From: Octopus vulgaris
Taxonomy: Eukaryota
Assembly: GCA_951406725.2 (NCBI GenBank)
Contig: OX597820.1
Span: forward strand, 4,898,001-4,962,000
DNA: 64,000 nt
Reading direction: 5' to 3'
The position numbers and the translations under genes are program-made. How positions within the stretch are numbered: position 1 is the first letter of the stretch; each line of letters begins with the position of its first letter. The notes below the pieces were generated by a model. The model was not told the DNA's origin. It ran no database searches and saw nothing but the letters and a program-made list of their open reading frames with translations. Positions 12,572 through 25,467 of the stretch are shown piece after piece.

Positions 12572-12926
12572 TCTTTATATATAAAAGTGAAGTTGTGTGT
12601 CTGTCTCCTACGATTTAGATTCCTAACTACTCCCACATTTTGTGGTGCAGTGTAACCAAAACCAGGTATCTTATAGTCGTCATTCATATCGAGCCCTTCT
12701 GGGTATTAGCGCGTGTCTACGATGAGTCTACGATTAAAAAAAAATTTACCATAATTTTTTTCCATTTTAATGCATTTTTTCGCTATTATATAAGGGAAGT
12801 AACTCTTTAAAAATATCTACGATGAGTCAACGATTTAAAAAAAAATTACCATAATTTTTTTTGCTATTTAATGCTTATATAGTTATTTCCCTTACAAACC
12901 CGAGCAACGCCGGGCGATACTGCTAG
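12572..12926 (+). mobile_element. Non-autonomous Helitron H1
   Basis: A|TCTTTATATATAAAAG...cccgagcaacgccgggcgatactgCTAG|T. Confidence 0.9.
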
Positions 12927-13377
12927 TTGTACATAAATTCATTCAACACTGATAAGTTTATCTATAACTGTTTTAGCCCCGAGTGGACAACGGGGGAGGT
13001 GAAGCGACTTTTCTGGTATGTTACCAATATTTAGCACCATGGGGCTTTCAATGGAGACCAATGTGACCTAAATATTGGAACTGGTACCTCCTTTATGGAT
13101 AACCTATGCATCTTGGTTTCTTCTCGGTGGACCTGCAAAATGTAAGTTATCTTCCTCCTCTGACTAATCCATTTAAATAAATCAAGCTCCCCTTTAATAA
13201 CTGTGCCTTTGTGTGCCACCGTGCCAGCTCCCTTTGAGCGTCACCGTATTAAGGTTTAAGTCCGCGAGTGCGTTCAAATATGAAATATCCTCGTTGAATA
13301 TATTAAGTGTATATCTGCCTCGTCAAAACATGTAGACTTCATTTGGTCCCAGTCAACAGTTGGTATTATTTATTTAG

Positions 13378-13575
13378 CAAGGTAGCGAGCAGGCAGAAAC
13401 GTTAGCGCGTCGCACAAAATGCTTAGCGGCATTTTGAGATCGAATCCTACCGAGGTCATCTTTGCTTTTCATCCTTTCGGAATCGATAAAGTACCTATCA
13501 AGTACTGGAGTCGATGTAATTGACTGAACTCCACCCCACCCCTACAAATTCCGAGGTTTATGTCTATATTAGAAA
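13378..13575 (+). mobile_element. SINE family M, degenerate
   Basis: ggtagcgagcaggcagaaacgttagc...ttcatcctttcggaatcgataaagtacc. Confidence 0.75.
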
Positions 13576-13669
13576 TATTTATTTGACAAGAGATTCTGAC
13601 GCAGAAAGGATAAAGTCAAATGGAGAAACTTTGGGAAACAGCTGATAACTCTTACTCAAAGACATTCTA

Positions 13670-13862
13670 AATGTCTATGGCAGCATGAAGTATGTTTCTT
13701 CAGTGCTACCATACATAATTTAAGGTTTATGGTAGCGTTCAATATGCTTGGTCAGTGCTGTCATACACAATGCTTATCTAAGCATATATCTTTCAATGCT
13801 AACAATCACATTTTAATGTGTATGGAAGCACCGAACGTTTGATACATCACTGCTCCAATAAG
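13670..13862. repeat. Degenerate tandem array of self-complementary ~50-bp units
   Basis: tatggcagca...tgctaccata, tatggtagcg...tgctgtcata and tatggaagca...tgctccaata. Confidence 0.55.
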
Positions 13863-14377
13863 TACTTACAAGGAGATTCAGTGACGCAGATCGCCACAAG
13901 TTTCTATTGCGCCCTTCATCTGCATCGAAGTCAGACATCTGTTTCTCTGTCATTTGGGTAAAAGACATGATGAACTTGTTAACGTCTCTATATTCTCAAG
14001 ATACTTTAAAAGACATTACACCCGAGTGTATATATAATAAAATAAAAACTCGCGTGCTGCTGTCATCAGCGGATAACATAGAGGAAGTCTCGACAGAAAT
14101 ACTAGGACTTCTATACGAGGTCACCGAACAATAGAAATTCCCTCAAGGAAGTGACGGAAGGAAACGAAAATATCCAAAATTCTGATGCAATCTCTGCTTA
14201 TTGAAAAAGACTCTACAGACAGACATTTTTTTAATTGAAGATAAAACAAGACAATTTAAAATCAAATTAGTGAAATGATAATTATGTGGATGATTAAAAT
14301 ATAGATCTATCAAATTTAACAAATTTAAAGTTCAGATTTTGAGCCTTTAATTAAAGGGCTTTAAACAGCTGTAAGCA

Positions 14378-14598
14378 CAGTAATCTCTCGCCATATCACG
14401 GTTTATTATTTAAGCTTACGCCAATCCTTCCGTGGTGTTGTTTTGCATTTATAATTAAATAAATATATACAAGTTATAGAAATAATTTTTAAAAATATAT
14501 ACAATGCTGTGCTGTTTCTACTTCATGGATTTTCACTTACCGCGAGTTTGTTTGTTTTTTTCGGGATGTAACCTCCGCGATAGTCGAGCGGTTATCGT
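14378..14598. mobile_element. Tigger/pogo-like MITE (second copy at 63458)
   Basis: cagtaatctctcgcca... to ...gcgatagtcgagcgg; internal sequence shared with 63458-63684. Confidence 0.6.
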
Positions 14599-15096
14599 AC
14601 ATCTCGCCATTGTTTTCGTACATAGAAAGATATTGTTAAGACAAGTATCACGTTTTGTTGACCATTCACCAGCTGACAAGTACTACGCTTCCTCATTTTT
14701 CTGCTCAAGGAAAGGCCTTTTGACACCAAATAGCTATTTGAGTCAGAGGCAACCTAGAATTTCACTGAAATTACTAAATTCAATAAGAGATTGGGAGGTT
14801 GTCGTCGTCGTCGGCGGTGGCTGTGACCGTCTCATCAGATATAAAAAGGAATATTTTCACACTGCACGGCTTACGTCAGAAAACTCCTCGTAAATAATAT
14901 CAGCAATGAGTTTGATAAACATGAAACTAAACAATATTTAGAGCAGAAAATATAATACAATGTGCGCGCGTGCGCGATACACAGTTCATATATTTTCTAA
15001 AATAAACCTTAACCGTTTCAGTGTCTTAGAAGCTTCTGTATTTAAGTACCATTTCCTAAACATACATAGAAACACACACACACACACACAACTGCA

Positions 15097-15136
<40 letters not shown>

Positions 15137-15147
15137 GCTACCTGTGT

Positions 15148-17280
15148 ATCTAGCTATCTTCCTATCTACCCGTCTATCTTTCTGTCTGCTCGTCTATCTT
15201 CCTATCTACCCGTCTATCTTCCTATCTACCCGTCTATCTTCCTATCTACCCGTCTATCTTTCTGTCTGCCCGTCTATCTTCCTATCTACCCGTCTATCTT
15301 CCTATCTACCCGTCTATCTTTCTGTCTGCCCGTCTATCTTCCTATCTACCCGTCTATCTTTCTGTCTGCCCGTCTATCTTCCTATCTACCCGTCTATCTT
15401 CCTATCTACCCGTCTATCTTTCTGTCTGCTCGTCTATCTTCCTATCTACCCGTCTATCTTTCTGTCTGCTCGTCTATCTTCCTATCTACCCGTCTATCTT
15501 CCTATCTACCCGTCTATCTTCCTATCTACCCGTCTATCTTCCTATCTACCCGTCTATCTTTCTATCTACCCGTCTATCTTCCTATCTACCCGTCTATCTT
15601 CCTATCTACCCGTCTATCTTTCTGTCTGCCCGTCTATCTTCCTATCTACCCGTCTATCTTTCTGTCTGCCCGTCTATCTTCCTATCTACCCGTCTATCTT
15701 TCTGTCTGCCCGTCTATCTTCCTATCTACCCGTCTATCTTTCTGTCTGCCCGTCTATCTTTCTGTCTGCCAGTCTATCTTCCTATCTACCCGTCTATCTT
15801 CCTATCTACCCGTCTACCTTTCTGTCTGCCCGTCTATCTTCCTATCTACCCGTCCATCTTCCTGTCTGTCCGTCTATCTTCCTATCTACCCGTCTATCTT
15901 TCTGTCTGCCCGTCTATCTTCCTATCTACCCGTCTATCTTCCTATCTACCCGTCTACCTTTCTGTCTGCCCGTCTATCTTCCTATCTACCCGTCTATCTT
16001 CCTATCTACCCGTCTATCTTTCTGTCTGCCCGTCTATCTTTCTGTCTGCCCGTCTATCTTCCTATCTACCCGTCTATCTTCCTATCTACCCGTCTATCTT
16101 TCTATCTGCTCGTCTATCTTTCTATCTACCCGTCTATCTTTCTATCTGCCCGTCTATCTTCCTATCTACCCGTCTATCTTTCTATCTGCCCGTCTATCTT
16201 TCTATCTACCCGTCTTTCTTCCCATCTCCCGTCTATCTTCCTATCTACCCGTCTATCTTCCTGTCTACCCGTCTATCTTTCTGTCTGCCCGTCTATATTT
16301 CTATCTACCCGTCTATCTTCCTATCTACCCGTCTATCTTTCTGTCTGCTCGTCTATCTTCCTATCTACCCGTCTATCTTTCTATCTACACGTCTATCTTT
16401 CTGTCTACCCGTCTATCTTCCTATCTGCCCGTCTATCTTCCTATCTACCAGTCTATCTTTCTGTCTGCCCGTCTATCTTCCTATCTACCCGTCTATCTTT
16501 CTGTCTACCCGTCTATCTTCCTATCTGCCCGTCTATCTTCCTATCTACCCGTCTATCTTCCTGCCTGCCCGTCTATCTTCCTATCTGCCCGTCTATCTTC
16601 CTATCTACCCGTCTATCTTCCTATCTACCCGTCTATCTTCCTATCTACCCGTCTATCTTCCTATCTACCCGTCTATCTTCCTGTCTGCCCGTCTATCTTC
16701 CTATCTACCCGTCTATCTTCCTATCTGCCCGTCTATCTTCCTATCTACCCGTTTATCTTCCTATCTACCCGTTTATCTTCCTATCTGCCCGTCTATCTTC
16801 CTGTCTGCCCGTCTATCTTCCTATCTACCCGTCTATCTTCCTATCTGCCCGTCTATCTTCCTGTCTGCCCGTCTATCTTCCTATCTGCCCGTCTATCTTC
16901 CTGTCTATCTTCCTGTCTGCCCGTCTATCTTCCTATCTACCCATCTACCTTCCTATCTACCCGTCTATCTTTCTATCTGCCCGTCTATCTTCCTATCTAC
17001 CCGTCTACCTTCCTATCTGCCCGTCTATCTTCCTACCTGCCCGTCTATCTATCTTCCTATCTGCCCGTCTATCTTTCTATCTACCCATCTATCTTCCTAC
17101 CTACCCGTCTACCTTTCTGTCTGCCCGTCTATCTTCCTATCTACCCGTCTATCTTCCTATCTACCCGTCTATCTTCCTGCCTGCCCGTCTATCTTCCTAT
17201 CTACCCGTCTATCTTCCTACCTGCCCGTCTATCTTTCTATCTACCCGTCTACCTTCCTACCTGCCCGTCTATCTATCTTT
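15148..17280 (+). repeat. 20-bp pyrimidine-rich minisatellite (cgtctatcttcctatctacc / cgtctatctttctgtctgcc), about 105 units
   Basis: Directly visible tandem array; source of the 839-aa and 868-aa ORFs. Confidence 0.97.
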
Positions 17281-18131
17281 CTATCTATCCCTCACTCTTA
17301 CTGTCATATTACCTCTCCACCCCATCCACTTACTCTGTCTTGATTTCCTTATTTGTCCCACACATTCACTCCGACCTACCCCCCTCACTCTCTCACTCTC
17401 TCTCTACCTATCTCTACCACCCTCGACTCTCACTCTCTTTTCAGTCTATTTCCTTTCAACTTCTCCCGATTTCACTTAAACCAATCAACCCAACCTCTCT
17501 CTTTCTCTCTCTCTCTACCCCCTCTCTCCCTCCCGTACTGACTTCTTTCATATTTCTCTCTCTCTATCTCTCTCATATCACTCCTCCTCTCCACGCACGA
17601 CTCTTCCTCCGAACCCTCCCTCTCACTACCACCCACTCCCCAACCTTATCTATCAACCACCATATCTCCCTCTCAAGTGCTTCCCTTCCCTCCCCCCTCC
17701 TCCCTCTGTCCATTCTTATCAAGGTGACCTCTCCACAAGCTGATAACTAATTCTATTGTTTTAATCATAATTCACAACCGACTCCTTCCTCACCCCGCCC
17801 TGATCCCACCACATCTCAATTGTCCTTTCTTTCTTCCTTCCTTTTAATCATCGATAACACTTCTCCCACACACATTCTCCCCCGCCCCCCGCCACTATCT
17901 CTCTCTATCGGTTCCTCTCTCCTTAATCTGTTTATCTACATTCCTATACATGTACATGCGTGTGCATACATTTTCCTTATACATTAGGCGTATGCATATA
18001 TTATCAGATAATATGTGTGTGTGTGTGTGTGTGTGTGTGTATTCACGTGTCTACATGTATATACACATAGATTCATATACACACCGGCGCATGCATACAC
18101 ACATTCCTACACACGGATGCGCAAATTCATC

Positions 18132-18174
<43 letters not shown>

Positions 18175-18409
18175 TCACGTGTCTCGATCCAAGCGCATAC
18201 ACACATGTAAGTATATGTGCATCTGTTGCAAATTGGAAAGACCCTTTTTACGGACATTGTTCTAAAGTTGCAGTGGACCTTTTGGGTGATGACTGAGCCT
18301 AGCGCAGGGTCACATTTGGCCCCACTGTTTCAGTTTGGAAAGAACATCGGTCAAAGATTACCTCAAATCTACTCCTCCTTCCACGACAAAAGGCGACGAT
18401 AACATCGCG

Positions 18410-19470
18410 AAAGTGCATCCAGTGATTCATAAAAACCGTTGCCTGGCAGTCTTCGAAAACGGTAAGAATCTGTAAAAGTTCATGTCACGTGGTTTTAAAC
18501 GTAGAATTGAAGATGCATCATGTTACTGCAAGATTTGTGCTGCATCTGCTGACAAGAACTGTTTGATCGTTCGAATATTGATGAAAACTTTCTGAAAAGC
18601 TATCATAACAAGGAACGAAACGTGGGTGCATGGAGACAGTTTTGATGTCGAAAGGAAATGCAGCTGTTTCAATCCGTTGGATATTTGCCGGATTCATTCA
18701 AATATGAAAGTTATAACGATCGTATTTTTGATTGGAACCGTATCATTTCATCACGGGTTTGTTCAACTTGATCCCACAAACGGCGAATAAAGTATTTTTT
18801 GTGGGTGTCCCATAGTGTTCCAGTAATGCCGGACCAAAAATAGCTCGAAACATCTCTATGTATTGACAAATAAAACTCGGATGCAGCATCACAGTAAAGC
18901 ATTTCCTCACATGGAAATCCTTATCCGTGAGTTATTAACAATCCGAAGGCAATTCCTTTCTTTCCTACACTCAGGAGTTTCACTGTTGCGATGGTAGATC
19001 CAAGAAAATCAACTGCGACAATCACGTATTACTTCCAGACAATAAAAGAAAGTGTTCCAGAAGATAAAAGATGAAATATCGGTCCTCCGTCGGTTACGAC
19101 GACGAGGGTTCCAGTTGATTTGGTCAACGGAACAGCCTGCTCGTGAAATTAACATGCAAGCGGCCGAGCTCTCCACAGACATAACCTTAGCGTAGTTCTC
19201 ACGGAGATTCAGCATGTGACGAGGCCGACCCACTGAATCACAGGTACAACCCACTTTTGCTGGTCGAGTAAACTGGAGCAATTAGAAATAAAGTATTTTA
19301 CACCAGGTTACAACGCGTTGCCGGGAATCGAACTCACGACCTTACGAGCCGAATATCCTAACTCGTAAGCCACGTGCCTTCATTTCCAGAACGTGATCTA
19401 GAAATGAAAATCAGATTTTGAGCGGTGTTATCAACAACGGAAGGAATTGTTTTGAAGGAGTCCAGAGTGA
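18410..19470 (+). pseudogene. Decayed mariner-type transposase, interrupted by a SINE
   Basis: Peptides KSSCHVVLNVELKMHHVTARFVLHLLT, IITRNETWVHG (ITGDETW), SNMKVITIV, TNKTRMQHHSKAFPH (HHDNAPAH), and after the SINE a WKKRWERC/GEYFEG-like end. Confidence 0.7.
19086..19380 (-). mobile_element. R-related SINE (tail type 1) inserted in the mariner relic
   Basis: ctccgtcggttacgacgacgagggttcc tail; ccgggaatcgaactcacgacc is the B-box reverse complement. Confidence 0.75.
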
Positions 19471-19821
19471 ACAAGTTCAATTATCAGATTAAATAAATTT
19501 GTTGTTTCTTCAAAGCTTTTGGCTTCGTTTTGAACGGAACTTGCATATAAGAAGTGATTAATTAACCACAAATATGATAAGAGAGAAACGAAATTATAAT
19601 TAAGCAATAATAGATAATGAAGTAGATAATGGAAGCTATATATATCGCAAAGTTTGTAAACATTAATAGGAAGCGAGAATAATATGAGCAGAGGCACAGG
19701 GGGAGGGGAGATTTTATAGGTACGGCACTTTGGATTGTATGAAAGCAGTAGACGAGGGGGAGGATTCGTGACTGAGAGATATAAAATAAGGAAGTGAATA
19801 ATAATAATAATAATAATAATA

Positions 19822-20205
19822 ATCCCTTCTACAAGGCATGAAAATTTAAGCAGAAGTGAATTGGCCGATTAGAGCTATGCCAGTGTTCATCCGCTCAGGG
19901 TCAAACAAGTAAAGTACCAGTTGAAAGACAAAGTCGACCCAAGCATTTTGTCTGGCGCATTTACAATTCTGCCTGTTCGATACCTTTAACAATCCTCTGC
20001 TATAGACACAAGGCCTGGAATTTTGTTGGGGACGGTGGGGTCCAGTCAATTCCTTTGATCTCAATCCTTGGCTGGTACTTGTTTCATCGACTTCGAAAGG
20101 ATGAACCGAAGTCGACCTCGGTGGAACTTGAATTTGGAACATAGAGACACCCAAGAAATATCGCAAAGTATTTTGTCCAAAGAGCTAACGATTCCGTCAA
20201 CTCAC
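19822..20205 (-). mobile_element. Two tandem degenerate family M SINEs
   Basis: ggtacttgtttcatcgacttcgaaaggatgaaccgaagtcgacctcgg plus a weaker upstream copy; (AAT)n at the tail. Confidence 0.6.
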
Positions 20206-20893
20206 CCTCTCTGTTTTAGTTGTTTGAGAAAAATGCTCAAAGATGGTCAGGTGTTCTACAGACATGACGCATCGGTAGTCTGACCTTTACAATTACTCCA
20301 ACTGTTTAGGCGTTACACGAAAAAGGGTCTCCGGTGTGATCTCAGTGTGGTTACCTCGCCTCGTTCTTTTCAAGTTTAGGGGAGTATCTCTCTGCTCCGA
20401 CACTTTACCAAGATCCACCAGAGATCTAGTTCTAGTGTGAACTCCAATATTGTGACCTTCACCGCCCTTCTACCCAAATAAGTTAGGAAGAGAGCGAAGT
20501 CCGTGCTGTGACAGGTGATCACTGAATGTTGTAAATAAGACCTCGAACCCACAAAACTGTCTTACCTTAGATATATGATCGATGTCCTGCCATTCAAAAT
20601 AGAGTCCTTTTAGTCAGCACATCGATATGTTTCCGTCTTTATAACAATTGCAGCCAGAGTTCCATAAAGAGGCGCAAGCGCTTCTATTTCTCTTTTCCAT
20701 TTTCCTACATCCGGCGTCGTCTTTAGTTTCGCTTGCTTGTTTCCAAAGACAGACCATTGTTGTTCTGTGAACATTATTCCAGGAATTAAGCCTCATTGTT
20801 ATGGTTGTTAGTGCTGCTAATCTTGTCCCCGTCGCTGCCATCCCACTCTCCTCCATTGCTACTACTGTTATTGTCGTTGCTGCTGTTGCTGTT

Positions 20894-21260
20894 GAGCGAA
20901 GCGGTCTTCGTCCCATTAGTGGGAGAAGTCCGAAACGTGATCCTTTGCTATTCGTAAGACCCGCAGAAGAGAAAGCAGGTCACCCCCCCCCCCCGACACC
21001 GTGTGCATCGACGGATGGATGAATGTTCATCCAGGCTCAGCGGTTGTGTAGGAAGTCGGGGACAAGAAACAGGAAGAAAGAGTGAGAGAAAGTTGGAGCG
21101 AAAGAGTACAACAGGGGTCGCCACCAACCCCTGCCGGAGCCTCGTGGAGCTTTAGGTGTTTTCGATCAATAAACACACATAACGCCCGGTCTGGGAATCG
21201 AAACCGCGATCCTCCGACCGCGAGTCCGCTGCCCTAACCATTGGGCCATTGCGCCTCCAC
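20894..21260 (-). mobile_element. SINE family R, full length (tail type 2)
   Basis: Same head as 12298 with TCG in the anticodon-like loop; different 3' tail. Confidence 0.88.
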
Positions 21261-21695
21261 TTGTCATTGCTGCTGCTGACTTTGCTATCATTGATAATGT
21301 TGTTGCTGTGGTTAGTTTCGCCGATGCTGTTGTTGACGCCATTGTTTCACTGCTTCTCTCGTTCACCGCTAAACTAATTGAGCTTCGAACGGTCAACACC
21401 GAAATATTCTCCTCTCCTTCCACGAGCAGAATGTCACCTTCGCTTACATAGCTGATTGTCTCGCTTTCATTTCGGTTGTTGCTGTTGTTTCTATTAATGT
21501 TGTCTGCCGTAATAACAGCGATGTAATTACTTGGACATTAGACTTGGAAAACATTCTCCTTCCCTTCCATGTGCAAGGTGAAGAAAAGGGAACTTTGTAA
21601 TGGGCTGCGACTGTCTCTCAGAGTCCCCTCTCACTTCTTTTTCCATTTTACAGGCTGTTGAAGCGGATCCTGTTTTTTTTTCTTTTTAATACAAA

Positions 21696-22091
21696 CTAGC
21701 AGTATCGCCCGGCGTTGCTCGGGTTTGTAAGAGAAATAACTATATAAGCATTTTTAGAGATGTAAAGTATAATAGCCATCTCAATAGGATTAACCACAAA
21801 GTGGGGGTGTTACTGTAGCTTTTTACGTTCTGAGATTTAATAATAAACTTTTAGAGAGTTACTTCCCTTATATATGCCAAAAATGCATTAAAAATGGGAA
21901 AAATTGATGGTCAATTTTTTTAAAAATTGTAGACTCATCGTAGACGCGCGCTAATACCCAGAAGGGCTCGATATGAATCACGACTATAAGATACCCGGTT
22001 TTGGTTAAACTGCACCGCAAAATGTGGGAGTAGTTAGGAATCTAAATCGTAGGAGACAGACAGCACACAACCTCACTTTTATATATAAAGA
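21696..22091 (-). mobile_element. Non-autonomous Helitron H1, variant subfamily
   Basis: Plus strand a|ctagcagtatcgcccggcgttgctcggg...tatataaaga|t; distinct internal segment at about 21760-21850. Confidence 0.9.
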
Positions 22092-22309
22092 TATTTGAAA
22101 AAGTCAAAGATTTTCTCAGAAAAAAGTTAATTTTAAAATACACGGCATCCGCATTTTGTCCAACTTACAGTTTTAATAAAACAGTTTCACAATCCTTAAC
22201 AACGCTTTAATTATTCAACTCTAAATCGTTTCAATAATGTAGTTTTACTGCAGATTATATTCGCACACACACAAACGTGTGTGTGTGTGTAAATACATAT
22301 ACACGCCCG

Positions 22310-22346
<37 letters not shown>

Positions 22347-22740
22347 CATGTGCTACACAAACATATACAGGTATGCGTGTGAGAATTTTCAGTTGGCTGG
22401 TTAGGTTAAATGTTATCTTGTCATTTTTCTAGACTACAAATCCACATTGAGACTTAGTCATCAACTTTAATACTAAGCTAGTCGACCGTAGCAATTAAAA
22501 TAAGTTGAGGATTACTGAAGTGTGCAATATATACTGCTTTAGACCAACGTGTCACCTCTGTAGCGAGGGTAACAGCCGTCTGCATACAATCATCTTTATT
22601 ATATATACACTGCTTTTAACATATGCAAAGACGAGCAGCTATTTATTTGACTCAAGGATGTATATCGTTTATTGAGATTTATCGTTTATTGAATATACGT
22701 ATGTTTGGATGCACATAAGTATTACTATCCATGAATACCT

Positions 22741-22962
22741 ATTTCTTTCTTGCCTACAAGGGGCTAAACACAGAGGAGACAAACAAGGACAGACAAAGGG
22801 CTTAAGTCGGTTACATCGACCCCAGTGCGTAACTGGTACTTAATTTATCGACCCCGAAAAGATGAAAGGCAAAGTCGACCTCGGCGGAATTTGAACTCAG
22901 AACGTAACGGCAGCCGAAATACTGCTAAGCATTTCGCCCGACGATTCTGCCAGCTCGCCGCC
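22741..22962 (-). mobile_element. SINE family M, full length
   Basis: Reverse complement of the family consensus. Confidence 0.9.
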
Positions 22963-23157
22963 ATGTACGCATACATTCATCCATGGACGTAAGTATCAGT
23001 GTGTACCTGTAAGCGTACCTGCATGCACGTAAATGACTACTTACCCGTGCAGGCTTGCACCTATACACAACCTGTCTCTGCCTGCCGTCTTCCATATCTC
23101 ATTTGTTCTATCTGACTACCTGTCTATCCACCTGCCTGCCTATCGACCTGTTTACCA

Positions 23158-23780
23158 GTGACAGCAGACTTCGGTATTAATATAATGAAGGCAGGGAAGT
23201 CATTATTTTATGACGATTCCTTCTGGAATAAGAAACGCGGAAATGAATTGTTCTATAAATTCAAAAATTGCTCCGACGGAACAGAAACTTCGGATATTCT
23301 CGCATCACATATTCTACACACAACAGGATCCATTAGAATAGGATTTTACTGAGACTGCGGATTCACCGAATCCTGTAACCGAGAAACTAACAATTAACGT
23401 TCTTAGAATTCGAACTCTTGCATAAATCCAACAAGGAGAGAATATACATATACGAGAGACCCACCCACCAACGTGATCATACGTCGCATAAAAGACAATA
23501 TAAGTAGACATATCTATTGCATTGAAGAAAAATATTTAATGAAGCTCTATGTTACTACAATGGCGTAATAGCTTGGTGTATGCGTGTTTTAGTAAAATGC
23601 GCATGCGTTTAAACAAGTTGGAATACACACAACAGCTTATATAAAAATAAAGCTAAATGTAGAAATAGGAAAATCGCCTGGGGTAATCCCCTTCACAGTT
23701 TACATGTTTCTAGGAATGTAGCAAAGACTTTTCTAAGATTTCTTCACTTCAGATGCCATGAAATCATCAGCAGAAAGTCT
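23158..23780 (+). pseudogene. Penelope-like element reverse transcriptase relic
   Basis: IMKAGKSLFYDDSFWNKKRGNELF...SDGTETSDILASHIL...IGFY*DCG (cf. RKSLLF..W.KK...FDVTMGSYDGAE...GLYRDDG), KIFNEALCYYN and RNRKIAWGNPLHSLHVSRNVAKTFL (cf. RKRNIIWFNPP..V.TN.GK.FL). Confidence 0.7.
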
Positions 23781-24158
23781 AGACTACAACTATTCGGGAC
23801 ATCACTAACTGGTGGCGTTTCGTCAAAAACCTAATATCCATTTGTAGGATGGACCCCGATGTGAACCAAGTCCATCGTAAAGGTATACCAACTGTTTTTA
23901 TTTCATAAACTAAGGCATACAAATTTATTCTGCTTCGGCGAAAGAGACAGTGTAGCGAACGAAATGCCAGTGAATGAAGACAAAACTTTTTTCCTTTCGA
24001 ACATACTCTTATCAAGATCTTGAAGTCCCAATTGAAAAAGAGAAATAAGTGTTAATTTTCTGTAATTATTCTGAAAGATGGAAACAGTAGCGAGCCTGGT
24101 TTTGTTGGAGGGTCTCGTGGGTCCTATTTTGTTTTAGAACAATGACAGTCTTCCATTT

Positions 24159-24193
<35 letters not shown>

Positions 24194-24744
24194 GTTTATA
24201 TTTGCTTTTTTTTAAATATATATACATATACACACACATATATATATACATTTATATTTGCTTTATTTAAAAAGATATATACACACATACACACATATAT
24301 ATATAATGATATAAATAATGTATAAATATATGCATATATACATACATATATATATGTACATACCTACATATATATGTATATAAACACGCATATATGGGTA
24401 CAAGACATAAAAAAAAAAACGTTGAACACAATGAGAAACGAAAACATAAAAACAAAAACAAGGAAAACGAACTTTTTTCGAACAACGAAAAACAGAGAAA
24501 CTCGACATGCAGAATAAAGAATATTCCCCTTCATCAGTTGTCCCTCTTTCATGTACTTCGCGCGTCGAAAGCATACATATATATATATATATATAAATAT
24601 ATATATAAATATATATATCTATATATATATTCTTTATGTTCACTATTTACTTCCACTACTGGTTTTCTTCCGGCCCGCCATTGTAATACACCCTAATTAA
24701 TTGTCCTCGTGGGAAGTAGAGAATGGGTTATCTTCATCATCATG

Positions 24745-24955
24745 AGGTGGTGATGTGAAAGAATCGTTAACATCCGGTTAAAATGCTTACCGGTAATTCG
24801 CCAGTCGCTACGTTCTGAGTTCAAATTCCGCCGAGGTGGACCTTACCTTCATCCTCTCGCGGTCAATAATTAAGGATCAGTCAAGTCTTAGCTCAACATA
24901 ATCGTCGAGGCCCTTCCCCTAAACTTTCAGATCTTGCGAATATAGTTGAAAAGAT
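24745..24955 (+). mobile_element. SINE family M, degenerate
   Basis: acgttctgagttcaaattccgccgaggtggacc...ttcatcctctcgcggtcaat. Confidence 0.75.
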
Positions 24956-25467
24956 TGTTGTTATTAGTATTATTATCATTGTCATTTACTCAATCCTAAT
25001 TCGGTGCATTTAAACAACATTTGCTGGTTGTAAGTTAATATCTAAGCGGAAGTCTTTTTCAATAAGAGACGATCATTTAGTTGCCGTTGCTAGGTTACCA
25101 AGCGTTGCAGTTATCAGCTTTCGCCATGTCGGTCAGTAATACTTAAACTTTTACACAATAGATCTAAACTTAATCAAATTTCCGTGGGTGCGGAGGGCCA
25201 AGTGAGAACTTTAGTCGCAACCCAATTCTCAAATATCATTACTGGTGGAAGTGGTTCAAAGCGGAGCAGTCGTTGGTGATATGACGCAATACAGTCGTAT
25301 CAATGACGTTTTTACAACACTGGACATTACAGATTTGGGTTACGCCTATATACGATAAATTCAGGTTCAAATCTCACCAGGGTTAGTTTTGAATTTCACC
25401 CTCCAAACTTCTCACATTTCATCATGGTAAAGTCATATCCATTTAAAAACACAAATGCACTGTTAGT

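Noticed and set aside
15148-17280. CRISPR-like array or encoded repeat system
   Set aside because: Contiguous tandem units with no unique spacers, no cas genes, eukaryotic context
14960-17750. 839-aa and 868-aa ORFs
   Set aside because: Translations of a 20-bp minisatellite that lacks stops in several frames; no domain evidence
24500-24575. CTGATGA on the minus strand in a TA-flanked insert
   Set aside because: No downstream GAAA or stem III; may be a PLE remnant but cannot be folded as a hammerhead
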